Assembly (NCBI GenBank): GCA_000989565.1
Contig: LBOO01000007.1
Coordinates: 5,202-69,201 of the forward strand
Origin: Candidatus Peregrinibacteria bacterium GW2011_GWA2_33_10
GTDB taxonomy: Bacteria; Patescibacteriota; Gracilibacteria; UBA1369; GWC2-33-13
Reading direction: 5' to 3'
DNA length: 64,000 nucleotides
Shown here: positions 45,705-54,087 of the stretch, in pieces
Layout of the letters: the number at the start of each line of letters is the position of its first letter
Position numbering within the stretch: position 1 is the stretch's first letter
Notes under the pieces: model-generated
Databases searched by the model: none
Told to the model about the DNA's origin: nothing
The model's input: only the letters and a program-made list of their open reading frames with translations
Position numbers and translations under genes: made by a program

Positions 45705-46931
45705 ATGATAAATTTTAAAAATATTAAAAAAGAGTTTCCGATTTTGAAAACCAAGGTTAATGGGAAGGATTTGGTGTATTTGGATAACGCGGCTACTACG
45801 CAGAAGCCTAAGAGTGTGATAAATAAGATTACTGAAGTTTATGAAAACTATAATGCCAATGTGCATCGGGGAATTTATAGTTTAAGTGAAAAGTCTACGG
45901 AAATGTATGAGAATACTAGAGAAAATATAGTTAAATTTATAAATGCCAAATCTATCAAGGAAATTGTTTTTACTCGAAATTGTACTGAATCTATTAATTT
46001 AGTGGCTAATTCTTGGGCAAAAAATTTATGTATGCCCGGAGATGAGATAATTGTAAGTATTTTAGAGCATCATTCAAATTTAGTTCCATGGCAAGAAGTT
46101 AGCAAGGTTAAAGGTGCGAAATTGATATATGTTCCGCTACTCAAGTCAGGAGAATTGGATATGGATTTTTTTATTAATAGTTTTAGTGATCGTACAAAGC
46201 TGGTTTGTGTTACAGGTATGTCAAATGTTTTAGGAATAAAAACTGATTTGAAAAGAATTATAAAATCAGCGCATCAGAATAATGTTAAAGTTTTGGTTGA
46301 CGCGGCTCAATTGGCAGGCCACAGTATTATTGATGTTCAGGATTTGGATGCGGATTTTTTAGCTTTTTCATCGCACAAAATGCTTGGCCCTACCGGTGTC
46401 GGAGTTTTATATGCGAAAGAGGAAATTTTAGAGGAAATGTATCCATATATTTTTGGTGGAGACATGATCAGGTCTGTGGATAAAGAAAATTCCGTTTATG
46501 CTGATTTGCCAACGAGATTTGAAGCCGGGACTCCGAATTTTGCTGATATAATAGCATTTGATGAGGCTTTAAAGTTTTTAAATGATATTGGTTTGGAGAA
46601 TATTGAAAAATATGAAAGAAACTTGTTTTTATATGCGAAAAGTAAATTGGAAAAAATGAAAAATTTAGAACTTTATATTCCGGAGAATCATGAAATTTGT
46701 GGTGGAATTATTTCTTTTAATGTTTTAGGTGTTCATGCTCATGATGTGGCGTCGATTTTGGATCAGGAAGGAATTTGTATAAGAGCGGGCATGCTTTGCG
46801 CGCAGCCTTTAGTTAAGGATTTTTTGAAGGAAAATGCAGTGGCCAGGATTAGTTTTTATTTATATAATGATGAAGAGGATGTGGAGAAGCTGGTTACAGG
46901 GTTGGAGAAGGTGACGAGGATATTTGAGTGA
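45705..46931 (+). CDS. sufS: cysteine desulfurase SufS (class V aminotransferase)
   Basis: YLDNAATTQKP, NVHRG, SSHKMLGPTGVGVLY (PLP Lys), active-site Cys region CIRAGMLCAQP. Confidence 0.9.
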   Translation: MINFKNIKKEFPILKTKVNGKDLVYLDNAATTQKPKSVINKITEVYENYNANVHRGIYSLSEKSTEMYENTRENIVKFINAKSIKEIVFTRNCTESINLVANSWAKNLCMPGDEIIVSILEHHSNLVPWQEVSKVKGAKLIYVPLLKSGELDMDFFINSFSDRTKLVCVTGMSNVLGIKTDLKRIIKSAHQNNVKVLVDAAQLAGHSIIDVQDLDADFLAFSSHKMLGPTGVGVLYAKEEILEEMYPYIFGGDMIRSVDKENSVYADLPTRFEAGTPNFADIIAFDEALKFLNDIGLENIEKYERNLFLYAKSKLEKMKNLELYIPENHEICGGIISFNVLGVHAHDVASILDQEGICIRAGMLCAQPLVKDFLKENAVARISFYLYNDEEDVEKLVTGLEKVTRIFE

Positions 46932-46956
46932 TTTTTGATATCTAAAAATATAACAA

Positions 46957-47328
46957 ATGGATCTATATCAAGAAAACATATTGGATCATTATAAAAATCC
47001 CAGAAATTATGGGGATTTGAAGAACGTGAGTAAGAGTGTTAAGGAAAGTAATCCTCTTTGCGGGGATGAAATAAAAATGGATTTTTTGCTTGAAAACGGG
47101 ATTGTTAAAGATGTTAAATTTTCCGGAAACGGATGCGCGATTAGTCAGGCGAGCGCGTCAATGTTAACTGATGAAATTAAAGGTAAAAAAGTTGTTGAAG
47201 TGTTGAAAATGGGGAAGGAAGATGTTCTTGATTTGTTGGGGATTGATTTGAGTCCGGCGAGGTTGAAGTGCGCGTTACTTTCGTTGTATGCGGTGAAGAG
47301 GGGGGTTGGGGGAGAGCGTAATTCGTAA
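46957..47328 (+). CDS. sufU: SufU/IscU-type sulfur acceptor/scaffold
   Basis: LYQENILDHYKNPRNYG, NPLCGDE, GNGCAISQASASM, ARLKCALL motifs. Confidence 0.85.
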   Translation: MDLYQENILDHYKNPRNYGDLKNVSKSVKESNPLCGDEIKMDFLLENGIVKDVKFSGNGCAISQASASMLTDEIKGKKVVEVLKMGKEDVLDLLGIDLSPARLKCALLSLYAVKRGVGGERNS

Positions 47329-47372
47329 TCCGTAATCCGTAATTCGTAATTTGTAATTCGTAATTCGTAATT
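47317..47372 (+). repeat. (CGTAATY)n heptamer array, 8 units, filling the sufU-DUF59 spacer
   Basis: Units read off base by base: CGTAATT CGTAATC CGTAATC CGTAATT CGTAATT TGTAATT CGTAATT CGTAATT. Confidence 0.85.
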
Positions 47373-47384
47373 GGGGAGGGATAT

Positions 47385-47774
47385 ATGAAAAAACAAGTGG
47401 GGAATAAAAATAGGGGGGAGGAGAAAGGAGATAAGGATAAGATTAAGAATAAGGATAAGATTAAGAATAAGGATAAGATTAAGAATAAGAATAAGATTAA
47501 GATTAAGATTAAGACGAAGGGAGATGATAATAAGGTGAAAAGGTGGCCGGTGGTGGCGAGTGAGAGGAAGGGGAGGTATTGGGAGGCTTTGAATTTGGTG
47601 GAGGATCCTGAAATGATGGTGGGGATCGTGGATTTGGGGTTGGTGTATGATGTGGAAATTAAAGATGGAATTGCTTATGTTACTATGAATGTGGATGTGA
47701 ATTTGGTTTGGAATCCGGCGTGGAGTCCGGAGATGATGAGTGAGGATGTGAGGTATTTGTTATGGGGGGTGTGA
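47385..47774 (+). CDS. DUF59/SufT-like protein with a repeat-encoded basic N-terminus and an apparently deleted core
   Basis: EALNLVEDPEMMVGIVDLGLVYDV and NLVWNPAWSPEMMSEDVR match the DUF59 ends. The central T-x-x-G-C-P segment is absent. GGGGAGGG lies 6 nt upstream of ATG 47385. Confidence 0.55.
   Translation: MKKQVGNKNRGEEKGDKDKIKNKDKIKNKDKIKNKNKIKIKIKTKGDDNKVKRWPVVASERKGRYWEALNLVEDPEMMVGIVDLGLVYDVEIKDGIAYVTMNVDVNLVWNPAWSPEMMSEDVRYLLWGV
47433..47518 (+). repeat. tandem 18-nt repeat (AAGGATAAGATTAAGAAT x3, then degenerate 9-nt GATTAAGAT units) inside the DUF59 ORF
   Basis: Read directly; encodes KDKIKN x3, then KNKIKIKIKTK. Confidence 0.8.
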
Positions 47775-47775
47775 T

Positions 47776-47920
47776 CACGAAAACCCCTTTGGTTTTCGTG
47801 GGCTTTCCTGCGAGAGGTTATTTTAAAAAAATAGTCATTGCTTAGGGCAGCTCTATCTTGATTTGGGACCCACAAGACCCAAATCAAGATAGAGCTTTCA
47901 GCGCAATGACTATTTTTTTA
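47776..47920 (+). repeat. composite hairpin element, copy C (full-length form)
   Basis: CACGAAAACC-CCTTT-GGTTTTCGTG, GGCTTTCCTGCGAGAGGTTATTT, outer 18-bp stem (47824..47841 with 47903..47920) enclosing a 19-bp inner stem (47849..47867 with 47878..47896); starts 2 nt after the TGA at 47772. Confidence 0.8.
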
Positions 47921-47959
47921 AAATGTTTGATTATATGGGGGAAGAAATTATAATTTTTA

Positions 47960-48535
47960 TTATGGCCAATTTTTTTTCATAGTTTCTATAATTTTTTTTA
48001 AAATTGATTTAGTTTCTTGTTTGTATTCTTTATATATTTCTTTAAAATCGATTGTTTCATATCCCGCTTTTTTATTAGTGTCATCCCAACTGCCTAATAT
48101 AATATTTTTATGATTGCTTAATGTCATTGGAGCAATTATAGATCTGTAAATGGTTTTATCTTGTTTACATTCGAGTGGATGACCAGTAAATTTATTTCTA
48201 AAATTTCTAATTTTATTTAAATTTGGCATTTTATGAATTTCTAATTTTTCATTTAAAAATATTTTATGTAGATTTTTTACTGCATCTTGCTGTAGAAATA
48301 TTGCTTGTAGTATGCCATAAAATATTAAAATATTTTTTCCTACTTTTTTCCAATGTAAATTTATTGTTTCGTAGTATCGCAAAGCTAAAGCTGTATCTTG
48401 AAAAGTATCCATAGAACAACAAAGTAAATTCCATTCGGAAGTTTTGTTATTGAAGTATTTTTCTTTAAATACATTATTTCCGGGGTCATTAACATGTTCA
48501 CGAATTTCACATGCTAGTTTAAGAATAGTTTTCAT
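47960..48535 (-). CDS. stand-alone HEPN-like protein (putative RNase; resembles the MAE_28990/MAE_18760-type HEPN family from memory)
   Basis: IFYGILQAIFLQQDAV helix and NKIRNFRNKFTGHP containing an R-x5-H (Rx4-6H) motif. Confidence 0.5.
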   Translation of the reverse strand: MKTILKLACEIREHVNDPGNNVFKEKYFNNKTSEWNLLCCSMDTFQDTALALRYYETINLHWKKVGKNILIFYGILQAIFLQQDAVKNLHKIFLNEKLEIHKMPNLNKIRNFRNKFTGHPLECKQDKTIYRSIIAPMTLSNHKNIILGSWDDTNKKAGYETIDFKEIYKEYKQETKSILKKIIETMKKNWP

Positions 48536-48741
48536 TTTTTAATTTTTCAATATTATTATAATATGGTTTTATTTGATTTTCATCTTCATCTCTAATGAAT
48601 AATCTATGAAGCCCCAGTTTTTATATATTTTGTGGGCGGTTTTGTTGGCCATGTATAAAGGGATTATGGCGGTGTTTATTTTTTTTTTGACATGGATTGT
48701 TTGTTTTTGGCGGATTTAAAAACTCTAGTGTCCAAATTAAG

Positions 48742-49926
48742 CTAATTTGATTTTTTTAAAGCGGTAATTAATTTATATACCCAGAAGCTAAAGAGAATCA
48801 GTACTATTCCGTTTATCCAATATATTGTGGAGACACGGTAATTTGTGGCGATTAGTCCGAAAATCGGGAAGGAGAGTGCTCCGAAGATGTTTAGGAGGAA
48901 TGATGATATTGAGGTTATTGTGGCTCTGCTATGGGAGGAAATCGTGTGTTGAATTTTTGATTCCAGAAGTATTTTTATTGGGGAATTAAGAAGATAAGCC
49001 ATCATTATGGCGCTGATCATTATTATTCCGGGAAAGTATCCTGCGAAAAAGAGTAAAATTCCTGAAAGGATGGGTACTGTATAGTAAATATAGTTATTTT
49101 TTTCAAATTTATGCGCGAAATATACACCTATCGCGCTAATTCCCGACCAGATGGTTCCCATTATCCCAAATGCCCAAATTGGTAGATTGACTAATTTATA
49201 ATAGAGTTGGTCAAATTCATCAAAATTTCCGAAGATGCCAAAAATTACGTAGGAAATAAATAAAACTATTAATATTTTGGAATTTTTTATTTCTTGGAAA
49301 GCTATTTTAAAATAATCGAGATATTTTATTTCGCCTGTTGATTCTATTTTAGGCGCATCATGCAGCAAATACGCGAAAATCGAAGCAAATAAGAGAGGGA
49401 ATATTGAAAAAATTATAGCAAATTTGATATTAAAATAAGCTATAAATCCACCTGAAAAAATTGAGATCATTTGAGCTATGTGCCGATAAAATTCGGATTT
49501 TCCCAGAATTTTCGCATAGTTTTCTTTTTGATTGAAGGCGGTTAGATTGTCATAAAGCAGGGCTTCGGCTGTTCCTGATAAAAAAGTGCTGCCAATTGTC
49601 CAAAACAAGAATCCCAATACGAAAATATAAAAGTTTCCGTTAGCAAAATACCAACTTATAAAGCAGAGTGATTTTAAAATTGGCGCAATAATCATCATTT
49701 TTCTTCGGCTCCAGTAGTCTGCAAAAGCACCGGAAGGTATTTCAAACACTGCTGATGATAAAGCCCAGAATGTTAGTAGTAAAGAAATTTGAAAAGGTGA
49801 AAGCCCTTGTATGCTGAAATATACAGTGTAGATAGCATAAGCAAAAATAAAATCATAAAAAGCGATACATAAAATATAATTGCGGATAAATGATGTATAT
49901 GTATGAGATTTTTTTTGAGAAAACAT
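48742..49926 (-). CDS. MFS transporter
   Basis: About 12 TM segments; motif A-like GAFADYWSRRKMM between TM2 and TM3. Confidence 0.75.
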   Translation of the reverse strand: MFSQKKSHTYTSFIRNYILCIAFYDFIFAYAIYTVYFSIQGLSPFQISLLLTFWALSSAVFEIPSGAFADYWSRRKMMIIAPILKSLCFISWYFANGNFYIFVLGFLFWTIGSTFLSGTAEALLYDNLTAFNQKENYAKILGKSEFYRHIAQMISIFSGGFIAYFNIKFAIIFSIFPLLFASIFAYLLHDAPKIESTGEIKYLDYFKIAFQEIKNSKILIVLFISYVIFGIFGNFDEFDQLYYKLVNLPIWAFGIMGTIWSGISAIGVYFAHKFEKNNYIYYTVPILSGILLFFAGYFPGIIMISAIMMAYLLNSPIKILLESKIQHTISSHSRATITSISSFLLNIFGALSFPIFGLIATNYRVSTIYWINGIVLILFSFWVYKLITALKKSN

Positions 49927-49931
49927 AGAAT

Positions 49932-50924
49932 TTATTTTCTAGTAATTTCAATCATTCTATCCAAACTTGCTTTTGCTTTTTGAGATATTTCAGGGTCGAG
50001 ATCGATTATTTGATCTTTTGTCGGAGATTTTAGGGCTTGAAGAATATTTTTGAGAGTGGTTTGTTTCATGTATGGGCAAAGAAAGCATGTGCCGATGATT
50101 TTTTTTTGTGGGAATTCGGTTTTTACGCGGTCGGTGATGCCACATTCGGTGATGAGCATGAATTTTTCTGCTTGGCTTTTTTCGATGTAATTGAGCATGC
50201 CTTCGGTGCCGGTAGCGAGGTCTACTTCGTGGATTACTGAAGGTGAGCACTCGGGGTGGGCGAGGATTTTGATTTCCGGATAGAGTTTTTTTATATCTTT
50301 TATTTGCTCCGAAGTGAATTGTTCGTGAACGATGCAACGGCCGTTCCATGTTATTAATTTTTTTGTGGTTCTAGCTTGGAGATTTTTAGCCATGAATTCA
50401 TCGGGGATGAAAATTATTTCTTTATTTGGGAGATAATTAATAATTTTTTCAGCATTTGATGAAGTGCAGCATATGTCTGATTCTGCTTTTACTTGTGCGC
50501 TTGTATTAATATAACAAACTACCGGAGCGTTCGGGTAAAGTTTTTTTAAGTTTTGGACATCTTTTGCGGTGATAGATTCCGCCAATGAACAACCTGATTG
50601 AACAGGATTGATAACTGTTTTTTGGGGATTTAAAATTTTGGCGGTTTCTGCCATGAAATGCACGGAACAAAATATAATTTTTTCAGACTTAGTTCTTGTG
50701 GCTGCGAGGCTTAAACCATAAGAATCTCCGATAAAGTCCGCGACACCGTACATTATTTCTGGTCTTTGATAGGAATGAGCGAGAATCACGGCATTTTGTT
50801 CCTTTTTTAATTTATTTATTTCAATTATTTGGGCAGCGGAAATTTGGCATTCGTCGAGGGTCCAGTTGAGATGGTGGAACTGCTTATATAGTTTGTTTGC
50901 TTGTTGTTCAAGTTGGGTAGGCAT
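49932..50924 (-). CDS. nadA: quinolinate synthase
   Basis: ILAHSYQRPEI, FCSVHFMAETAKIL, CYINTSA, HPECSP, CPYMK motifs. Confidence 0.9.
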   Translation of the reverse strand: MPTQLEQQANKLYKQFHHLNWTLDECQISAAQIIEINKLKKEQNAVILAHSYQRPEIMYGVADFIGDSYGLSLAATRTKSEKIIFCSVHFMAETAKILNPQKTVINPVQSGCSLAESITAKDVQNLKKLYPNAPVVCYINTSAQVKAESDICCTSSNAEKIINYLPNKEIIFIPDEFMAKNLQARTTKKLITWNGRCIVHEQFTSEQIKDIKKLYPEIKILAHPECSPSVIHEVDLATGTEGMLNYIEKSQAEKFMLITECGITDRVKTEFPQKKIIGTCFLCPYMKQTTLKNILQALKSPTKDQIIDLDPEISQKAKASLDRMIEITRK

Positions 50925-50933
50925 GGAATTAGT

Positions 50934-50965
50934 GATCAGAGATTAGCGATCAGTAATCAGGAATT
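50934..50965 (+). repeat. (GATCAGN)n heptamer array, 4 units, 10 nt upstream of the nadA start
   Basis: GATCAGA GATTAGC GATCAGT AATCAGG then AATTT. Confidence 0.65.
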
Positions 50966-51129
50966 TATTATTTTATATAATATTGGCTTTTTAGTTTTAG
51001 CTTTTTTTTTGTAATTTCTCAAGGGAAAGTTGCCTTTAAATGCGATTTTTTAAAAATCATACAAATTCGCTATGAATTTGAAATTATGTGTGTTATATTG
51101 AAATAACCTCTATTTTTTAATTTTATTTT

Positions 51130-51591
51130 ATGGAAACTTTAGAAGGGAAAAAGGCTCCTCCATTTAAATTGCCGGATGAACAAGGGAATATTCACACTTT
51201 AGAACAACATAAGGGGCAAAAAATTTTACTTTATTTTTATCCTAAGGATATGACTCCCGGATGTAGTTTGGAAGCGCAGAACTTTCGGGATAATTTGGAA
51301 TTACTGAAAAGAAAGGGAGTGGAAATTTTAGGTGTAAGTACTGATTCGCAGGAATCACATCAAAAATTTAAGGAAAAGTATCGTTTGAATTTTCCGCTGT
51401 TATCGGATGTTGACAAAGAAGTGGTGAAAAAATATGGTGTTTGGAAAGAAAAATCTATTTTTGGAAGGACTATTATGTCTACGCGAAGGGATAGTTTTTT
51501 AATTGATGAAGATGGAATTATTGAGAAACATTTTAAAAAGGTTGATCCAAGGAAGCATGCGAAGGAAGTTTTGGAGTTGGTAAGAGGCTAG
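51130..51591 (+). CDS. bcp: thioredoxin-dependent peroxiredoxin (Bcp type)
   Basis: FYPKDMTPGCSLEA peroxidatic Cys motif; 153 aa. Confidence 0.85.
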   Translation: METLEGKKAPPFKLPDEQGNIHTLEQHKGQKILLYFYPKDMTPGCSLEAQNFRDNLELLKRKGVEILGVSTDSQESHQKFKEKYRLNFPLLSDVDKEVVKKYGVWKEKSIFGRTIMSTRRDSFLIDEDGIIEKHFKKVDPRKHAKEVLELVRG

Positions 51592-51596
51592 TACTC

Positions 51597-51959
51597 CTAG
51601 ACATTCGCCATACGGGTTTTTCGGGAGGTTACGGTTACGCCTTGGGCTTGTTTGATTATTTTTGGTTTTGTGATTGAAACTTTTGCTTCCAAAACTTTCG
51701 GGTCAGTGAATACTAGTTCCAAAACAAAATTGGCCAGTGTTTCCAATAATTTAAATGAAGTTTTTTCGGTTTCGCGGATGATTGTTTGCGTTAAATTGTT
51801 ATAATCAACCGCTAAATTTATATCGTCTTTTTCCGCTACATTTTGTGCCGGATAATTAAATTCTATATCCATAATTATTTTTTGTTTTTTTATGCGTTCG
51901 CTTGCAAAAACACCAATTATGGTTTTTATTTCAAGTTTATTAATTTTTACTTTAATCAT
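51597..51959 (-). CDS. folB: dihydroneopterin aldolase
   Basis: 120 aa; IGVFASERIKKQKIIMDIEF and C-terminal K in ITKP, typical of FolB. Confidence 0.8.
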   Translation of the reverse strand: MIKVKINKLEIKTIIGVFASERIKKQKIIMDIEFNYPAQNVAEKDDINLAVDYNNLTQTIIRETEKTSFKLLETLANFVLELVFTDPKVLEAKVSITKPKIIKQAQGVTVTSRKTRMANV

Positions 51960-52066
51960 ATTTTAAGGTTGGAAATGATTTTTGGCTTATTTTAACAGAT
52001 TTCTCTTCACTTGTATATTTTATGATTTTTTTTTATGATTGGTTTGCTTTTAAATTAACTAGTCGT

Positions 52067-53107
52067 ATGGGGGAATTTGATATTATTGACAAAATCAGAA
52101 GAGAGATTTTAATTAATGATCCGAAGGTGATTAAAGGAATTGGTGATGATTGCGCGGTGATTGATAGAGGGGATTTTTTTGAGTTAGTGGGGACGGATAT
52201 GTTGGTGGAAAATGATCATTTTCATTTGCATTGGTCTACTCCGGAGCAAATTGGGATTAAAGCCATGAATTCGAATATTAGCGATGTCGCGGCAATGGGC
52301 GGAAGGGTTAAATATGCTTTTATTTCTATTTGTGTTTCCGAGAGTGTTGATGAAGAGTGGATTTCGCGTGTTTATGATAGTTTTAATATTATTTCTAAAG
52401 ACAATGATTTTTTGATTTTGGGAGGGGATATTACTCATGGGGAGAATGTGATTATTAATATTTGTTTGATTGGTGAAGTGGAAAGAAATTTATGCTGTTT
52501 TCGGCATGGAGCGAAAATAAATGACATTATTTGTGTTACCGGCAATTTGGGTGGAAGCGCAGCGGGATTGTATTTGCTTCAAAATAGTCCTTTTTTGAGG
52601 AATTTAGTACGGGTTAAAGAGAATTATCGTATGAATTCGATAATAGAAGAAGCAGAAGAATTGCAGATTGAAGAAGAATTATATAAAAAAGGAATGTTAT
52701 ACGCTTTAAATAAACATATTGAACCTTCTTGCCGGATTATTGAGGGAAAAATTATTGCTAAATTCGCCAATTCCTTGATTGACGTGAGTGATGGATTGGG
52801 GTCGGAAATAAGGCATATTATTGAGGAGAGTGGCAAGGGAGCGCGAATTTATGCCAACCAGGTGCCGATTAATAAAATGTTATATGATGTTTCCAGAGAT
52901 CCAATGCCTTTTGCGATGAGCGGGGGTGAAGATTTTGAATTGGTGTTTACGATTGCAAGAGAAAAAATTCCTTTACTTAAAGAGCAGTTGGTAGAAATAG
53001 GAACAGAAATTTTTGAGGTTGGAAAAATTGTGGAGGAGTCTGAAGGAGTTAAGTTTATTGAGAATGGAAGGGAAGTCGAGATGCCGAGGGGTTTTGAGCA
53101 TTTATAA
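52067..53107 (+). CDS. thiL: thiamine-monophosphate kinase
   Basis: GEFDIIDKIRR, IGDDCAVI, GTDMLVENDHF, DVSDGL, SGGEDFELVFT motifs; ATG 52067. Confidence 0.8.
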   Translation: MGEFDIIDKIRREILINDPKVIKGIGDDCAVIDRGDFFELVGTDMLVENDHFHLHWSTPEQIGIKAMNSNISDVAAMGGRVKYAFISICVSESVDEEWISRVYDSFNIISKDNDFLILGGDITHGENVIINICLIGEVERNLCCFRHGAKINDIICVTGNLGGSAAGLYLLQNSPFLRNLVRVKENYRMNSIIEEAEELQIEEELYKKGMLYALNKHIEPSCRIIEGKIIAKFANSLIDVSDGLGSEIRHIIEESGKGARIYANQVPINKMLYDVSRDPMPFAMSGGEDFELVFTIAREKIPLLKEQLVEIGTEIFEVGKIVEESEGVKFIENGREVEMPRGFEHL

Positions 53108-53122
53108 TTTTATTAATCATAT

Positions 53123-54058
53123 ATGAAAATTAATGTTGTTCCGATTATTGATATTCCTAAAGTGTATTTAGAGAGATTGCAGAAATTAGGGGAAGTTACT
53201 GTTTTTTCGACTTTTTTTGGGGATCCTGATATGGAAAAGAAGGTGAAGGGAGCGGAAATTTTGGTTTTGCAGCCTCGTTTAAGTGTTGATATTGTTCCTT
53301 TTTTAGATAAATGTAAGTTTATCGCGATTATGGCAACCGGTTATGATGCTTTGAATGTTGTCGTGGCAAAAGAAAAAGGGATTAAGATCGCAAATGTGAG
53401 GGATTGGTGCGGTGATGCTGTGGCGGAATTTATTATTGGTTTGTGTTTTGCGTTGAGCAAAGAACTTTTACATGGAATTTCTGTTTTAAGAGAGGAAAAA
53501 TGGTTTAATCCCGTGGAGTTTGGCGTTGGCGGGATAAGTTCCAAAACTATTGGAATTTTTGGTTTTGGAAATATTGGTCAGAAAGTTTTTAGGCTCGCTA
53601 AAGGTTTAAATATGAAAGTTATTTGCTGTACTAAAAATCCTGAAAAATATAAAGAAAATTTTCCGGAAATTGAATTTGTTGAATTTGATGAATTGTTAAA
53701 GCGAAGTGATTTTTTAAGTTTATGTGCGCCGGTTACTCCTGAAACCAAGGAAATTTTTAATATGGATGCGTTTAAAAAAATGAAAAAAACGAGTTTTTTT
53801 ATTAATACCGCGAGGGGAGCTTTGGTGAAGGAAAATGATTTGGCGGATGCGTTAAATCGTGGAATAATCGCCGGTGCCGGAGTTGATGTTTTTCAAAAAG
53901 AACCGCCAAGCGCGGATCATGTTTTGTTACACGCGAAAAACTGTATTTGCAGTCCACATGTTTCTTGGGCAACTGAGCAGAGTTTTAATAATTTGTGGGA
54001 AGAAGTGGTCAGTAATGTGGAGGCTTTTTGCCGGAGGGAGGAGAGAAATATTATATAG
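53123..54058 (+). CDS. D-isomer-specific 2-hydroxyacid dehydrogenase family protein
   Basis: NAD-binding GIFGFGNIGQKV, catalytic region INTARGALV...D and H in SPHVSWAT. Confidence 0.8.
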   Translation: MKINVVPIIDIPKVYLERLQKLGEVTVFSTFFGDPDMEKKVKGAEILVLQPRLSVDIVPFLDKCKFIAIMATGYDALNVVVAKEKGIKIANVRDWCGDAVAEFIIGLCFALSKELLHGISVLREEKWFNPVEFGVGGISSKTIGIFGFGNIGQKVFRLAKGLNMKVICCTKNPEKYKENFPEIEFVEFDELLKRSDFLSLCAPVTPETKEIFNMDAFKKMKKTSFFINTARGALVKENDLADALNRGIIAGAGVDVFQKEPPSADHVLLHAKNCICSPHVSWATEQSFNNLWEEVVSNVEAFCRREERNII

Positions 54059-54087
54059 TAACCTGTGACCGGGAATGGGAATAAGAG

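Noticed and set aside
47317-47372. Could the heptamer arrays be CRISPR arrays or part of one?
   Set aside because: Units are 7 nt, directly abutting, with no spacers. No cas genes or leader-like sequence are present.
49990-50349. Arg/Pro/His-rich 119-aa ORF on the same strand as nadA in another frame
   Set aside because: It is fully embedded in the strongly supported nadA frame. Its composition is an out-of-frame artefact.
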